From: Heptranchias perlo | Taxonomy: Eukaryota | Length of the DNA stretch: 64,000 bases | Reading direction: 5' to 3' | NCBI RefSeq assembly: GCF_035084215.1 | Contig: NC_090350.1 | Location: 15,872,001-15,936,000, forward strand | In this document: positions 1-14,013 of the stretch, in pieces | How positions within the stretch are numbered: position 1 is the first letter of the stretch | Layout: every line of letters begins with the position of its first letter | Position numbers and translations under genes: made by a program | Notes under the pieces: model-generated | Seen by the model: only the letters and a program-made list of their open reading frames with translations | What the model was told of the DNA's origin: nothing | The model's database searches: none

Positions 1-547
1 CAAAAATATAAAGTGAGTTCTCAACTCAGCTTCTGAACTATGGTTAATCATTTATACTATTACCACAGTAATATAGCCAGTTCAGAAATGAGGTTTCTTC
101 ATTTGAAACCTGTACTGTACAGATATCATACAGATAAATTGCATTATTAATGTACCTTTGTTTAAATGTGATACTTAAAAGCAGTCAAAATATGAATATT
201 TCCTTGTCACTTCAAGGTTATTACAGTATGTTACTTTTAGATTGAACATAAAGTAGATATATGATTTATAAAACCAGCCTGATTACATTAAATGATGTTT
301 GTGTTACATTAAAGGAAGAGGAATGATATGCAGGGTGGAACTGTTAGATGGATTAGACTGAGATGAAAAACATGCTTTTAACCTTGCTTGTACAGTATTT
401 AATAGAAATGTGGTATCACTGAGCTTAAATTGAAAACAATGGGGAAATTGCTGTACATTTACTCAGCTGACTGCACTTCAGCATATGTCTGTTAAGTAAG
501 TGCTTTTTAAAAAAACAGATCCTTGTCATGTTAATTTTTATCACTAT

Positions 548-955
548 CTGATGAAGGTTGTGGGTTCAAATCCCACTCTAGGGACTTGAGCAAATAATCC
601 AGGCTTACACTCCAGTGTAGTACTGAGGGAGCGCTGCACTGTTGGAGATGCTGTCTTTCGGATGAGGCGTTAAACCGAAGCCCCTTCTGTCCTCTCAGGT
701 GGACGTAAAAGATCTCGTGGCACTATTTTGAAGAGGAACAAGGGAGTTCTCCTAATGTCCCATCCAATATTTATTCCTCAATCAACATCTAAAAAACAGA
801 TGATCTGGTCATTATCACATTGCTTTTTGTGGGGCCTGGCTGCCACTTTCCTACATTACAACAGTGACTACATTTCAAAAGTACTTCATTGGCTGTAAAG
901 CACTTTGGGGTACCCTGAGGTTGTGAAAGATACTATATAAATGCAAGTTCTTTCT
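548..955 (+). mobile_element. tRNA-derived Deu-domain SINE (SacSINE1-like)
   Basis: B box GGTTCAAATCCC, central body shared with many copies here, and tail ...CTATATAAATGCAAGTTCTTTCT. Confidence 0.8.
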
Positions 956-1423
956 ATCTATCTTTCTTAATTACACAATGAAATTGTATGTTTCCATTAC
1001 AGACAAGTTCGATGACAAGTAAGGTCTCCAATCAGTTTTAAATTCAAGTGTGTTAATACTTTTTTAGTTACTAATCATCGGGCAAAATTCAGGATTTGCC
1101 TGCATTGCTCGTATTATTTTTAACATAAAACAATGTGCTATTACCAGACAATTCAAAGCTTTCTGTACTATTATTGTAATTTGTATCTCTAGTCTAGTAT
1201 TCGGGGATGAGGGAAGAATCATTTGACATTCCGTCAAAATCTCTTGAATTGTCAACAGCCTTTATTAGAATTAAGGAGAACATAGGCTAACCCAGATCAG
1301 GCAATAACACCATTGCTTAAGATCTATTGCAATATTAAAGGAGTAGAGAAATGGGGAAGAAAGTAGAAGAAAGGAGGAGGACAGGCAATGCACGTAACAG
1401 TGAGAACAGCAATAAATGAATAA

Positions 1424-3308
1424 GGGTATATTTTGCAATCCCACCCCTGGATGAAATTGTACACAGCCCACCAACCTTGCCAATTGTTCCTGGGTCAGCC
1501 TTATTACCTACATATGGTGAGCTGCCAGCCTGGATTGGGCTTGCCAGTGGGAACTCACCAAAAGTGGTGGGGTTTGGCAAATCAAGTACCATCCAGCCAT
1601 TAAAGGGCTGCAAGCCACAATTTAAAGGGACGCTGCCACTTGAAGGTAAGTGATTGCATGTGGGACCAAAAATGGTTTCAGCCATTGCAGACTTAAGTTA
1701 CTTTTCAGCCATTCCAAAAGGGAAAACAAATCGGCTGTAAAAACTAAGAAAAGGCTAAACATTCACAGAGGCAGGAAATGGAGTCAGCGGGTGAGTGAGT
1801 TGCAGCGCAGCAATAGAACCTCCTGTTTGATGATTATTAAAGTGGAGGTGCTGAGGTTTCGGTTGGATCTGAGGAGGATTGTCCTGTTTGCCATTCCACA
1901 GAGGACGGCAGTGCAGTATGTCAGGTAAAAAGAGGTGGCCCAGGTCAACTCTACCCACATGGCCAGGAAACATGCAGAAGATGGTACATCTTAGGTAAGT
2001 TGCCAAGTTAAGATTACCCAACAGTACCATTTACTAGGCAGATAGCCCAACTGTGCATGCCACAAAGTCTTGCCCATCAACCGGTTACACAATTATTGCT
2101 GGTCCATTGCAAATGCTCCCTCAACCTTACAGCTCTTTCATTGCTTATAATGCATACTCCAGCTGGGCATAAATTCAAACTGCAACTTACAGTTGAAAGT
2201 CTTCAAACACTCACATATTCCCAGGTCTTCACACATAAAATTATTGTCACACAACCTAACTGCTTGCTCACTTCACTATAACAGATTGTAGGTTGGGCAC
2301 ATGTCTGAACCAGTGTATACGTTCCTTCAATTTACAAGATGCCAAGAATACTTCTCTGCTTGCATGACAAGACTGTACATAATATAAGGGAATGGCCCTG
2401 AACTAAAGGAGGGCTCAGAAATTCTAAACCTGTGACTTCCTTGCAGGAGACTATCATGAACATCCTTATATACAAGAGCATTGAGGGGTATGAAAAGCAA
2501 CAGACCTCAGCAAAGTTCAGGGCGAGTACCATCCAGCCCTGATATCTTGCTCTGCTTCTGATTTACTCCCACACAGGCATACACATAACCACACAAACAT
2601 CACACATTCTGCAACTTGCAATACAAGCTCTGTTTGAAGATGTGTTCTGGAGGCTACGTTGTAACATACATTCTTTGTTTGTTAGTGTAGATCTGAAAGC
2701 AATGACAGGAGTAGAGAAATAGACTGCAGCCTCTCATCAAAGGTTCGAAGCGCCTGCACAGCTATTCGCATTCCAGACGGTGCAGTTGGTGAGCTTGATG
2801 AGGTAACACTGAGTGAGTCACAATGCACAGGTGAGAAGGAGCAGGTGATGGTGGCCAAGGAACGGCAAGAACCTGCTGGCTGTATGGCTGTCAATGTCTT
2901 CTTGTACTTTGTGAAATGGGAGCAGTGCAGTGCAGTGAAATTAAACAGTTGTTTTGAGTCAGTAGAAAAGGAGATGGAAATGCTATAGTTAGAGCGCACT
3001 TGTCAAGCAACGAACAAGGAAACTGCCTCTGCAGGCTCTGGATCTTTAGGGATTCTGTTGCAGAGCTATGAGCCATTAGTCAAATCAGGCACCAGGAGCT
3101 AGAGGCATAATCCCGACTCCAGGTTAGGTACATTACATCATTAGATATGTACAGTTCTAAACCCAGCCGCTCCTTCACAATTCAATTCTGGGTGTAAAGA
3201 TATGCAGCTTCACTATACAAGTGGCGGGTTACACATAAACCGGCAGACCTGCTGTACACTAATTAGAGCCAGAACCCAGGGCTCCCGAGAGGAGGAATGG
3301 AAGATTTT
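1424..3308 (+). mobile_element. Highly degraded Harbinger-type element (Myb/SANT ORF remnants)
   Basis: Fragments VEVLRFRLDLRRIVLF (~1840), TCRRWYIL (~1970) and KGGLRNSKPVTSLQETIMNIL (~2405) resemble Myb/SANT-like partner proteins. Boundaries are guessed. Confidence 0.35.
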
Positions 3309-6300
3309 TATTGCAATGAATAATCCAATATTCAGATGGCAAACTGAGAAATGTGGTCACAGACTCTTAGTAATTATTTACATCTCAACCAGTTTCTCCG
3401 AAAATAAATTCATTTTTACCTCAACCAAGTATGTAAAATGTTAAATGGATTAGATAAGGTAGATCTTCAATATTTATTTTTAAATGTAGGACCAGAGGTC
3501 AGCAATATAAACTATGAAAAATAAATTTAGAATAGACGCCAGAAGAAACGGTCTCGCTAAAAAGGGTGTAAAAATACCTGCAACAAAGGGACACAGATGT
3601 TAGGTGGTCTTTCTTGTCCTTTACTGTTCCCATGAGGCACCTGTACTTGGCTTTAACCCTTTGCGTGCTGATTAAAACCGGAGTCAGTTATTGGCATCAG
3701 AAATATTAAGAGTAAAAGATTTTTTTAAATTACTGTTTATCTTTCTACAAGTTTTAGTGACAACTTATTTATTCTATTTAAATGTTTAAAAACTACTGAC
3801 AGTCTCACATGGCTGGTTTGCACTAAGTACTTTCAGTTAATTTTGTTCTGATCGTGTTTTATTCCTGGTAACTTTTGTATATTATTGAAGTTTCACAGTT
3901 GCATCAAACGTGCACAAAAAAATACCCACAAGTGCTGTAATAAAGCCTTTTACAAAAAGAAAAACTACTTTCACCACAATTAATTTTTTTTAAGAAACCA
4001 CCAAACATTTGTACCTGATTTTTTCCACTATTAAGTGATAATCACGGAGGCTTTTTGTTACAAATTTTGGGTATTTTATGGAGCTATTTTCTCTTTTAAC
4101 CATTTCTTAGCAGTTCCCATAAGTGGATCATAATCTTCCAATCCGAAAGCAGTATCATTTAAGTAATCTGTGCTTGTAGACTTGAGCAATCCCAATGATT
4201 ATCAATGTGGTATTCTGATTACTGGATTAGACATAGTGTGAAATGTTGCAAAACTATCTTCAGAAATGGAGGAATATTAAACACAGGCCAGAGATTTTGC
4301 AGGCTACATTAACTATTTACGTACAATTCAATGGAACCATGAAGCACAAAACAATTTGGCAAATCTTATGCGTACAGATATTAAAGTTAAATATAATGAG
4401 CTAAGTTCGTAATGGGTTAATTACCCATTTCAAGAAATGATTTTGGACGATAACAGAGCCTCTGGATTGACAAATTCTGCCTGTCTTCAACCTCTCATCC
4501 TCTTTCAGGCTCAGGATGAATTAAATTGAATTGTGATGTAATGCATGGCATGCGAGTCTTATATTATGGGGCTCCCACGGTTGACTGAATCTTAGAGCTC
4601 AGAATGAACCACTACATACATAGAAGTTACGACACAGAGACAAGCCATTCAGCCCAACCAGTCTATGTTGCTGTTTACCCTCCAAACGAGCAAATAGTCT
4701 TAATCACATTTATCTGGCCTTCTCCCATATCCCTATATCCCCTTTTCCTTCATCCACCAATCCACTGTAATTTTGAACATAATATAGTTTCTACCTCAAG
4801 CACTAACTCAGTCATATTACATGTTAAGGGACGGCTTCTGGCGATATTTAAGTAAACACAGTATTCTGTAAGATACATTTTTATCTGTGTAGCTTCATTC
4901 CATTTGTGTTATCAGACAAACACAGTAGAGCACCTTATTAGCTTGTTAAAGGAACAGGAAAGTCCTCAATTTCCATTGATGTAACCAATAGCAATTTAAA
5001 ACAATGGCTACTATCTGAAGTGACACAAGCAAATCCAAACATTTGCAACAATATGGTTTACATTGATATTTCTTAATTAATGTTTTTTTTTCCTCTTCCA
5101 ATTTATTGTCGCTCCCCTCCTCTGCCGCTCATGCTATCCTAATTGATTTCCTCAAAAGTCCATCACCATTTCTTCATTCTTCCTCTCCTGAAGATTGCTG
5201 ACTCTTGCTAGGCTATCAATCCACAGGTACCAGTAGCTCTCTTCTACCTCAGCCCACCCTCTGTTTTGTTTGATGCAGTACTACACCACAGTGCATTTAT
5301 ACACCTGGCCATTGAGGGAGCTCGCAAAACAGCATTTCGAAATGTTTCAGCTTAGAGCTTCCACAATCCACACATTCCATCCCCCGTAAGTTGGTTAAAG
5401 TCCTGATGGACTGTGCTGAGACAGGCAGCTCAAGCTGAGTGAACACCTGGTGGCCTTGTTCCTGCATCATTCACATTAAATTGTCATTGAGGAGCTGTCC
5501 ACTCGTTTTTATCTTTTCAATTCCAATCTAACCACAAGTTATAATATGTAAAACGCTGAATGCTCATATTAAATTACTGTAGCCTACTTTATTAAGAAAA
5601 ATTAATACTTACTGCAGGTGTCACGTAGGAGAAAGGCACAATCTTAAATCTGGATGATTGGAGTTTGGGCTGTAAACATGGTAAAAGAGAATTAACAGTT
5701 GAAAAAATTCCGTCTATAGCAGGCGTACATTGGACTGAGTTAGACAATCACTTGTGCTCATGTTATTAGTCTACTATTTAATAAAACATTTCTATCCGTC
5801 TTATTTCCTGAATAAATAGATGTAATTTTGTAATGTTGATATATTAGCATTCTGCATAAATAAATATAGATGCACTATCAAAGCATTTGGATAAATAGAT
5901 AACTGGTTACCCAGGCAGAGGCAGATAGATAGAAGACAATAAAAATCCATTTTAATAAAATATTTTGTGGCAATATTAAGTGCTGAGGACCACAAAGGTA
6001 AAAGAAGTTAGTACCACCAACATCAGTCTCCACCAGTTTAAAACTCTGTTGAGAATCTTCCCTAAAACAGATCGAGTGTACTGCAGGGCCATGGCATTTG
6101 TGTTAAACAGCTGTACATCTGCTTCTGGATAGATGGATATTGTTTGCACAATCCAACTTCTTGATGGGGCTAAAAGAGAGAGAAACACAAGCTTTGTTCC
6201 CTGCACAATGTAATGTACGTCACATCAATTCAATTTTTACGATAACATGATTCTATATTGTAAACAAGTATAAGTGATGCAGCTTCCCAATGGCTCAATA

Positions 6301-6312
6301 AATAAATGTAAT

Positions 6313-6741
6313 AGAAAGAAAGGAATTGGATTTATATAACACCTTTCATGACCTCAGGAAGTCCCAAAGCGCTTTACAGCCAATTAAGTACATTTTGAAG
6401 TACAGTCACTGTTGTAATGTAGCAATTTGCACACAAGGTTCCACCATAAGCAATGTGATTATGACCAGATAATCTGTTTTAGTGATGTTGATTGAGGGAT
6501 AAATATTGGCCAGGACACTAGGGAGAACTCCCCTGCTCTTCTTCAAATAGTGCTTTAACATCCACCTGAGAGGCAGACAAGGCCGCAGCATAACGTCACA
6601 GCCAAAAGACGGCACCTCCAACAGTGCAGCACTCCCTCAGTACTGCAGCCTAGATTTTGTACTCAAGTCTCTGGAGTGGGACTTGAACCCACAACCTTCA
6701 GACTCAGAGGCAAGCGTGCTACCACTGCGCCACAGCTAACA
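6313..6741 (-). mobile_element. tRNA-derived Deu-domain SINE, near full length
   Basis: Reverse complement of the 548-955 and 55386-55803 copies, with A and B boxes. Confidence 0.82.
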
Positions 6742-6949
6742 CCTATACTGCGTGATGTGGTACTGGGTCATACAGACAAAGAAGCTTCCAGATTTGATCC
6801 TGTCTGTACTGAATTGGGTGCTCAATGCTGTATAAGCTATCACTGTCCCAATCTAATTATATAACTTATGTGGACAAATTGAAGTGTTTGAATTATTTAT
6901 ATACTGAGTAACAGATAGCCTGGAATGAACACAAGGCCTTAGTCAAGGA

Positions 6950-7092
6950 CAAAAGCAAAATACTGCGGATACTGGAAATCTGAAATAAAAACAGAAAATG
7001 CTGGAAAACACTCAGCAGGTCAGGCAGCATCTGTGGAGCAAGAAACAGAGTTAATGTTTCTGGTCGATGACTTTTCATCAGAACTGCTATAT
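6950..7092 (-). mobile_element. Penelope-derived terminal repeat (family 2) with hammerhead motif
   Basis: Minus strand cagttCTGATGAaaagtcatcgaccaGAAAcattaact at about 7047-7086. Possible TSD TCAAGGA at 6943-6949 and 7093-7099. Confidence 0.7.
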
Positions 7093-8087
7093 TCAAGGAG
7101 CTCAGATTGTTTACCTCTCTATAACTTTTGGGAATGACTGAAAAATTCTAGTATGTATTGCCTGCTTAAAGAGCTTCCTAACCCCTCCACTGATCAAACT
7201 GAACATTTATATTCAGTAAACCAGAAAACATGTTAGACAGAAAGGCATTAAATGATTTCCAAACAATTTCTCAGGACACCGGAGAACTAAGACCAGTCTG
7301 TTGAAATTGGGAGATCGATACTGCTCTTGCCCTCAGCCAGAAGACTGTGTATTCTACCGTTTGGTGCATCTTCTTGTAGACATAATCAATCGGTGGGAGC
7401 CTTGAATTACTTTCTCTCCCCCAGGCCCTTTCTGGAATCAACATTCCTCTCCCTTATCCAGATCACTTGGCAATAGCTGCTGAAACTCCACTGCAAAATG
7501 AAGCCATCGTGTAGATGTCACTGGAGACTGGAATTTGAGCACAGCTCTCCCAGCTGGGTGTCCATCACTCGACTGTTGTAGTTACCAGTCATTAGGTAAC
7601 AATAAAAGTGTTGCAGAAATACTACATTTCTCCCTCCTCCATAGTTCTATAAACCTTTACATTCAGATATGAATAGCAGGATTGCAGGACCAGGCTATAA
7701 ATGGAATGTGTCAAAAGCATATGGACTACTTGTGGGAGGCAGGTTTCTCCTTTTCTTTTTGAATTTGCAGGCACGAGATGTCAAAGTTGAAAATAGCCTC
7801 TTCCACTCAATCATTCAGAAATGGAAAAAGGAAAAATAAAAATTGTGAATGCTGGAAATCTGGAAAATGCACTTCAGAATCCAAACGAAAATAACTTAAT
7901 AAACAACAGGCAACATGGCTTCTGAAGAGCAGATTTCCCCTCATCAACCTTGGAGGTAGTGGCATTCCAAATTGAAGGGCATGGGAAGCCACATAAGTAA
8001 TGTGCCTAGACTTCCAAAGGCCTTCAATAAAGTACCATATGAAAGGCTGCTTTGCAAACTAAAGTCGCAGGTAAGACATGGATATTG

Positions 8088-8224
8088 GGTGTCAGCCGTG
8101 GCTCAGTGGTAGCACTCTCACCTCTGAATCTGAAGGTTGTGGGTTCAAGTCCCACTCCAGAAACTTGAGCACATAATCTCGGCTGACACTTTAGTGCAAT
8201 ACTGAAGGAGTGCTGCACTGTTGG
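8088..8224 (+). mobile_element. SINE 5' tRNA-like head
   Basis: GTGGCTCAGTGGTAGC...GGGTTCAAGTCCCACT continuing into the SINE body. Confidence 0.75.
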
Positions 8225-8727
8225 AAAGAAAAAATCAGTGTAAAGGGCGGCTGATCCAATATTGCTGGTTTTACGCCCCCATCAAAGTTGGGGTGTTTAT
8301 TTCTAATAATAAATCCTCAACTCAGTGAGAAAACAAGATCATGGGCTAAAAGAATTTTCAGGAAGTATCTGGCGTGATTTCATCGGTTCCCCTTCTGCTC
8401 TTTGCTATTTATGGCTGTTCATTTTTGATGGGTAGTTCTTGAACTTTGTGATTGCTAGGTTCATTGCTTATTTTCCAGCTTGCAGTTGGTATATTCCCTG
8501 CCTGTTGTTTTAATCAAAATACAATTTGAGACAGTCACATACAAATGTTACACAAATTTACATGCAATAAGCGTGACACCTGAAGAATGATGGCCAAATT
8601 GCATGCCAGATCCAAGACTTTTATAAATAATGCATATTGATCGACAACGCAGCAAACGTTTCACCTCTAGCTGGTGGTGCGGTTGTCTCTCTTCATGGTA
8701 TAATACAAATACTGGGCAAGCTATTTT

Positions 8728-8744
8728 GTGCCCTCTGCTGGCCA
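8728..8744 (-). promoter_or_regulatory. Candidate CTCF site
   Basis: Minus strand TGGCCAGCAGAGGGCAC closely matches the CTCF core consensus. Motif evidence only. Confidence 0.45.
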
Positions 8745-11700
8745 TTGGAGGTTATCACATTAATAGTTTATTGGTCTACTGTTGCTGCCACTTTGAGCTA
8801 AGGAAAAATGCTTCTGCCCAAGCACTTGCTGTCGGCTGTTGTATTTCATCATTTTAAAAATAATATGTAACGAGGTCTGTCCTTCTTTCAAAATCTGCAA
8901 AAGCATTTGGATCTCCTCATTTAGGAGTCTGCTATTATTTTTATATTACTCCCTGTTGTGTTACCAGCTGCCTTATACTTCACGGTAAACAAACTAGCAT
9001 TGACTCAATGGGTGGAAGACAAGGGTGGGGGGTAAAGTACCAGGTTTTGGACAGGGGAGGGGGAAGATAAATCAGCAGAGGAAAATTCTAAATGGCATGC
9101 AGGAATTTCACTCAATGTCTCCTCTCTACTTCCCCCTCCCCTTCCCTGCTTTTACTTGCAATAAACATATTCTCGATTAAATTATACTTTTTCTGCTTTG
9201 AGACCTTACAGAAGAAACAGGGCAAATGACTTTAAATTGAAAAAATAAAAGTTATACTTACACACAAACAAGAAACACATCACTAATTCACAAGGAAAAG
9301 ATAAATAGAAGCTTTTGGAAAATTCTGACTGAAGCTTATTTGATCAGATTTGACAGCTCCTGGAATCCTAGTTAAACTGCATCCTGTGAAGGACTGATCA
9401 TGTCCACTTTGGGATGTATTAATGGAAATTTATAATGTAGTGACCAATGATCAATAAACAAAACAGATCAATAACTTGAAGACTTCTACGACTGTTATAA
9501 TTTGTAAGAGAAGCAATATTTTACTGCCTGATCATTTTTACTTGTTAACTGGTGATTTCATGCCTGTGTTAAGCTGATTGAAGTGTGATAGGCTTTAACT
9601 GAATTTATTTAAAATAATGGAAGTATTTTTGCATCAATTGCAAAAAAGTTCAACAGGAGTAATAAATGTACTGGATTTTCAACATTTAGTTTACGTTTGG
9701 TTTGTTTAGAACACTTGACTGCCTGGTCTCACACTTCTAGCATATCTCTTATAGATGGGAAACCAGTAACAAAACTCTCTGTCCTTTTGCGCCCGACCTG
9801 AGCTCAGCTAAGGGGGGCAGCTAACTTACTGATTGCAACTGCCCTGATGGCAGTAAGCAACACACAACCAGCGCAGGGAGAAGATGCCAATGGGAACAGT
9901 ATGACACATCACTGTGAATGGGCATAACTGAGGACAAGAAAATGACCAAAACTACATTTCTACCAATGACCTCAACCTTCATCAAGCTGGTAATAAATAC
10001 AGTGCATGTACAGAAGTGCAATCACTCAAAAAATGTGTAGCACCACATAAAATCCTACCTTTGGATGTTAGAGTTGAACAGAGAAATGCAATGATCTCAT
10101 CGGAGCAAATCTTGTTTCAGAGACGAGAAGCGTATGAATCCTGTGCAAATTACTTCAATCTCATTTTCAGCCTTGTTTTCTGATACATGGTCATTCTGAA
10201 CAGCAGTGCTCTAGCTCTCAATCTGTTAATCATGTGAGGCATCCAAGTGTGTACACATACCGCCTAATGTTGCCATGTCACTCTTAGTAACTGCACAGCT
10301 GATCTGATGTGTAAACAAACACAGGAGGAAACAGGCCATCATTCAGGGCTTGATGTTTGTGCATCATTTTAATCCATCCTCTACATCTAAATAGTGCTAT
10401 TTCCATGAAAGCATTGCTTTGTTGACTAGACAAATCTCAAAAAGTTTTTCCTTTTCACTAGTATAATTCACTTCAGTTTGAACATATCAATTTTCTTTTT
10501 TAAAAAAACCTTAAATTTTTTTTTAAATTAAGTATAAGAATTTTTTCTCCATTTCTAAAATGTTGCAGTACCTCAGGTAGCCATTGTTCAGTTGCATTGC
10601 CTTATTTTAATGAGTTTTAAGAACTTCAATAAGTTGCTTAATAAACTTCTCCAACACTAGATTTCTAAAAGGAACTGAGGGGGCTTTTAAAGCTAATAAT
10701 TCCTATGGTTAATGTGATGATTAAAACACACATATAACTACATAACAAAACATCACATCCACCTTTGAGTCCAAGGTCATGTCCAGTTTTCCTTACTTTA
10801 AATGTTGGTCACAAACTGCAAATTAACTTGACACAAATAATGCTGCATCAGAGGTTAGTGTTTGTAAACTGGAGAACAAACAAGGGAAAAGGCAAAGTAG
10901 AAGCACAAACATAGCCATTATTATGGATATAGATCCATTCACCTCCATATTTTTAAAAACCAAAATGTTTCTGGCGTAGTGAATTTTGTACCTGAAATTT
11001 CTATTGAGACCTATTTGCACCTTTGCCAAAATTGGCACTTTACAGCCCATCTAAATGTAAGAGATTGCATTCATTATAATTCAGTTCATGAGTTTCCCTT
11101 TGTTTTGTTCAGTTATTAAAGAAAAATTTCACTTTGCCTGTGTGAATGCTGAAATATTTTACACTATTTATAGCAAACATCTTAATGTTTGGCCATCAAT
11201 GTTGGTCTTAAAACCAATACAAAGCTCCCCTCACCGTCCCTCCCATTCCCGCTCCAAATTTTCTTGTCTTGACGAGTCCGGACCCTGGATTGGCCTGCGG
11301 TATCTCACCCAAGTAAGTCTTCATAACGGGCCCAAGCTACTGAATGCCAGCAAGCTGTCTGATCGTGTGGAGTATCACAGCAAAGGTCTATCAGTCCTCA
11401 TCCATTTCCCCATATGCTTACTTTCCAGGAGTCACTGGATAGTGATTAGGAACATGATCCTGACTGATTTGCCCCTTCCTAGCCCAGGGTAGTGAGGTCA
11501 ATTGGAGCATTCCCATCTTTTCCCAGTTAACTCCCTTCCCCCAGTAAGGAATCACGTTTTTCCAGCTCTGTATGACATAGGGCCATCATGTGTCACATTT
11601 ACCCACTGAATTGTTTGGAAAGACATACATCATTATTTTTGGTGGAAACCTATTAACGTACTTGGACATCAGCAGCAGCACTACAGCAATTTAGTTTCAC

Positions 11701-13831
11701 TGCAGTGAGCTCACAATCTTAGCTTTTTGTCAGGAGCAGTGAACCAAAGCAAAACAGAGTGCTTTCATACAGGTAGCAACAGGGAAGGAAAAATCTGCTG
11801 ACAACAGACCTCAGAGCCAATAATTACATCTGCAGTTAGGGTCCAAGAAAAGAGGAAAATAAATATTTCAATCACTACGGTGAAGGGGTAGAAGGAAGAG
11901 TGATGCATAACTTCCCTTAATGAAATTAGCAGAGTCTGTCTCATTCTTTGAAGACAGCTTATTACCCACAAACTTTCTGTAGTGCTGGTCTGGTCCTAGT
12001 GGTGGGACATGGACACTGGAACAGGACTTCTGTACTCTCTGAACACGTGAAAGATAACTAGAATGTAGGGGAATGAGAGAGATAATTGAATGTGGTAGGT
12101 TACTGTAAACTGTTGATTTCAGTGAACGAGTATTTGCCATCGCAATCAGAATTTTATGGTTGAATAGGTCTGCAATTCCTTGTTTTAAGCCAGAGCACTT
12201 CAGCCAGGAATAGGGCAATTTGAGGGGAAATGTTGAGACTGTCCTGAAATTCCAGAACACTAACCAGCAACTACAATTCTGCTGAGTAGTCAACTAAATT
12301 ACATTTAACTGTCAAAGTTTATTCCTGTGTTAAATCATGTTTAATAGCACAGTGACCTGAACATTAAATATTATCAGTGTTTCTGGTCACTGAAAATATT
12401 TAATGTATTTGATTTATACAGTTTACTACCAGAGAGGAGGGGAAAACTAACTACAAGCACAGAATTTAAACTCTTAACAATTTAGTACAGTATAATATCA
12501 AACTAGCTTTGAACTGGGATAAAAAAAAAGTTCTTCAAAAAAATTGTAAGGGATTTTTAAGTCTGTAGTAACAAAATTCAACTTCATAATCGCACGTCAT
12601 GTGAAAAATGTACATCCGGTAGATACCTGGACAGATTTGGTGCCGCACGCTTAGTAATTTTTAGTTCCAACACAACACAAAATGTAGTATAAACAGTGTA
12701 AAATTGCAGCAGATTCAGACTTGAACTGGGAGGAAAACTCCTATTTATACAGGTGTGTATGTAGATCTAGAAAATACAAATTAAGGCTCTGATATTGCAA
12801 ATGGGCGCATCACAGTGAATAACTTATAACCAGAGACAATAATCACTAGGCAAACCACCATAACAGTATCTCCCATAACTTCTGATCACCAACTGTTTGA
12901 TGTTTTCTGTGGCTGTGGAGATACTTGTACCATTAACGACAGATGGTATAAACATGCGCTTATATTTCTGTACACAGATTGACAGCCATAATCTCCCATG
13001 CGTGTGTACACTTGTTCTACTGAAACTTGTGACTGAGCATAAGCAAAATTCACTTTGTATAACCACATTTTTAAAACAGGTACTGCCCATGTTAATAATT
13101 ATTAAGGTTCTATCTGCAATCTTCTGTGCTTGTAGTGTTTACATTAGGTTGTATGGAAACACAGGGCATTCTAAGAGAAGTATCTTCTAGCTCAAAAGTG
13201 ACAATTCAGTTGAAAACAAAACACTGCAGACCATGCAGATTTTTTAAAAAGTGAAAAAAATTTGGTCATTTAAACAAAAAAAACTCTCAACCCTGCCAAT
13301 AGCTCCTCCAACAAATTACTTGGGACTCTGGCATTACATTATACAGTAAATAGCAGAGTTCTGCTAAGTGTCTTTCTGAAAGGCTACTACTGGTTGGTCA
13401 ACTGAAACTTGAGAAAGTTGTGAAGAAAGAATTTGCATTTATATAGCATCCTTCACGACCTCAGGATGTCACAAAGCCTCACCGCCAATTAAGTACTTTT
13501 GAAGTACAGTCACTGTTGTAATGCAGGAAATGTTACAGTACCCAACAATTACACGCTTATTATGGGCAGCCACCTACATCTGGCAAACGGTGCTAACCAT
13601 TTGCTATTACTACAGGAGTCAATTACAAAGACGCCGCTTATAACGTATTAAGCGCGACGACTATTTTGAGCAGTTCAATAAGTACTCACCCTGTACTTAC
13701 CAATTTAAAAGGCTCTGCTGATTTCAGCCAAAGTCGGGTCTTTAAGCAGCTTCAATCAGCTGCTCGCACCTCGTTCAAATGCGATTACCTTTGTGATGAG
13801 ATTCTGGATGCAACTGCTAACAATTAGGAGA

Positions 13832-14013
13832 TGATGTGGAGATGCCGGTGATGGACTGGGGTTGACAATTGTAAACAATTTTACAACACCAAGTTATAGT
13901 CCAGCAATTTTATTTTAAATTCACACCTGAGGAAGGAGGTAGCCTCCGAAAGCTTGTGAATTTAAAATAAAATTGCTGGACTATAACTTGGTGTTGTAAA
14001 ATTGTTTACAAAC
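13832..14013. mobile_element. Penelope-derived palindromic short insertion (family 1, copy A)
   Basis: Perfect 57-bp inverted repeat (13869-13925 / 13955-14011). 13-bp TSD AACAATTAGGAGA at 13819-13831 and 14014-14026. Terminus TGATGTGGAGATGCCGG is shared with three other copies. Confidence 0.85.
13921..13960 (+). ncRNA. Minimal hammerhead ribozyme motif
   Basis: CUGAGGA (13927-13933), extra A, stem II GGAGG/CCUCC, GAAA (13948-13951), palindromic AAGCUU stem III, stem I UCAC/GUGA. Confidence 0.7.

Noticed and set aside
548-575. CTGATGA as a possible hammerhead core
   Set aside because: There is no stem II plus GAAA. It is the truncated start of a SINE.
1-4100. Possible 3' end of ZC3H12A, expected from human synteny
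   Set aside because: No coding exon is visible, and AU-rich sequence with an AATAAA at 3939 is not enough evidence.
4191-4500. Protein-looking plus frame (ARDFAGYINYLRTIQWNHEAQ...)
   Set aside because: Three stops in about 100 codons and no recognisable motif, so it cannot be told from chance.
8088-8160. tRNA-like sequences here and at 6670-6741 and 55386-55455
   Set aside because: They continue into the SINE body and lack a proper acceptor stem and terminator, so they are SINE heads.
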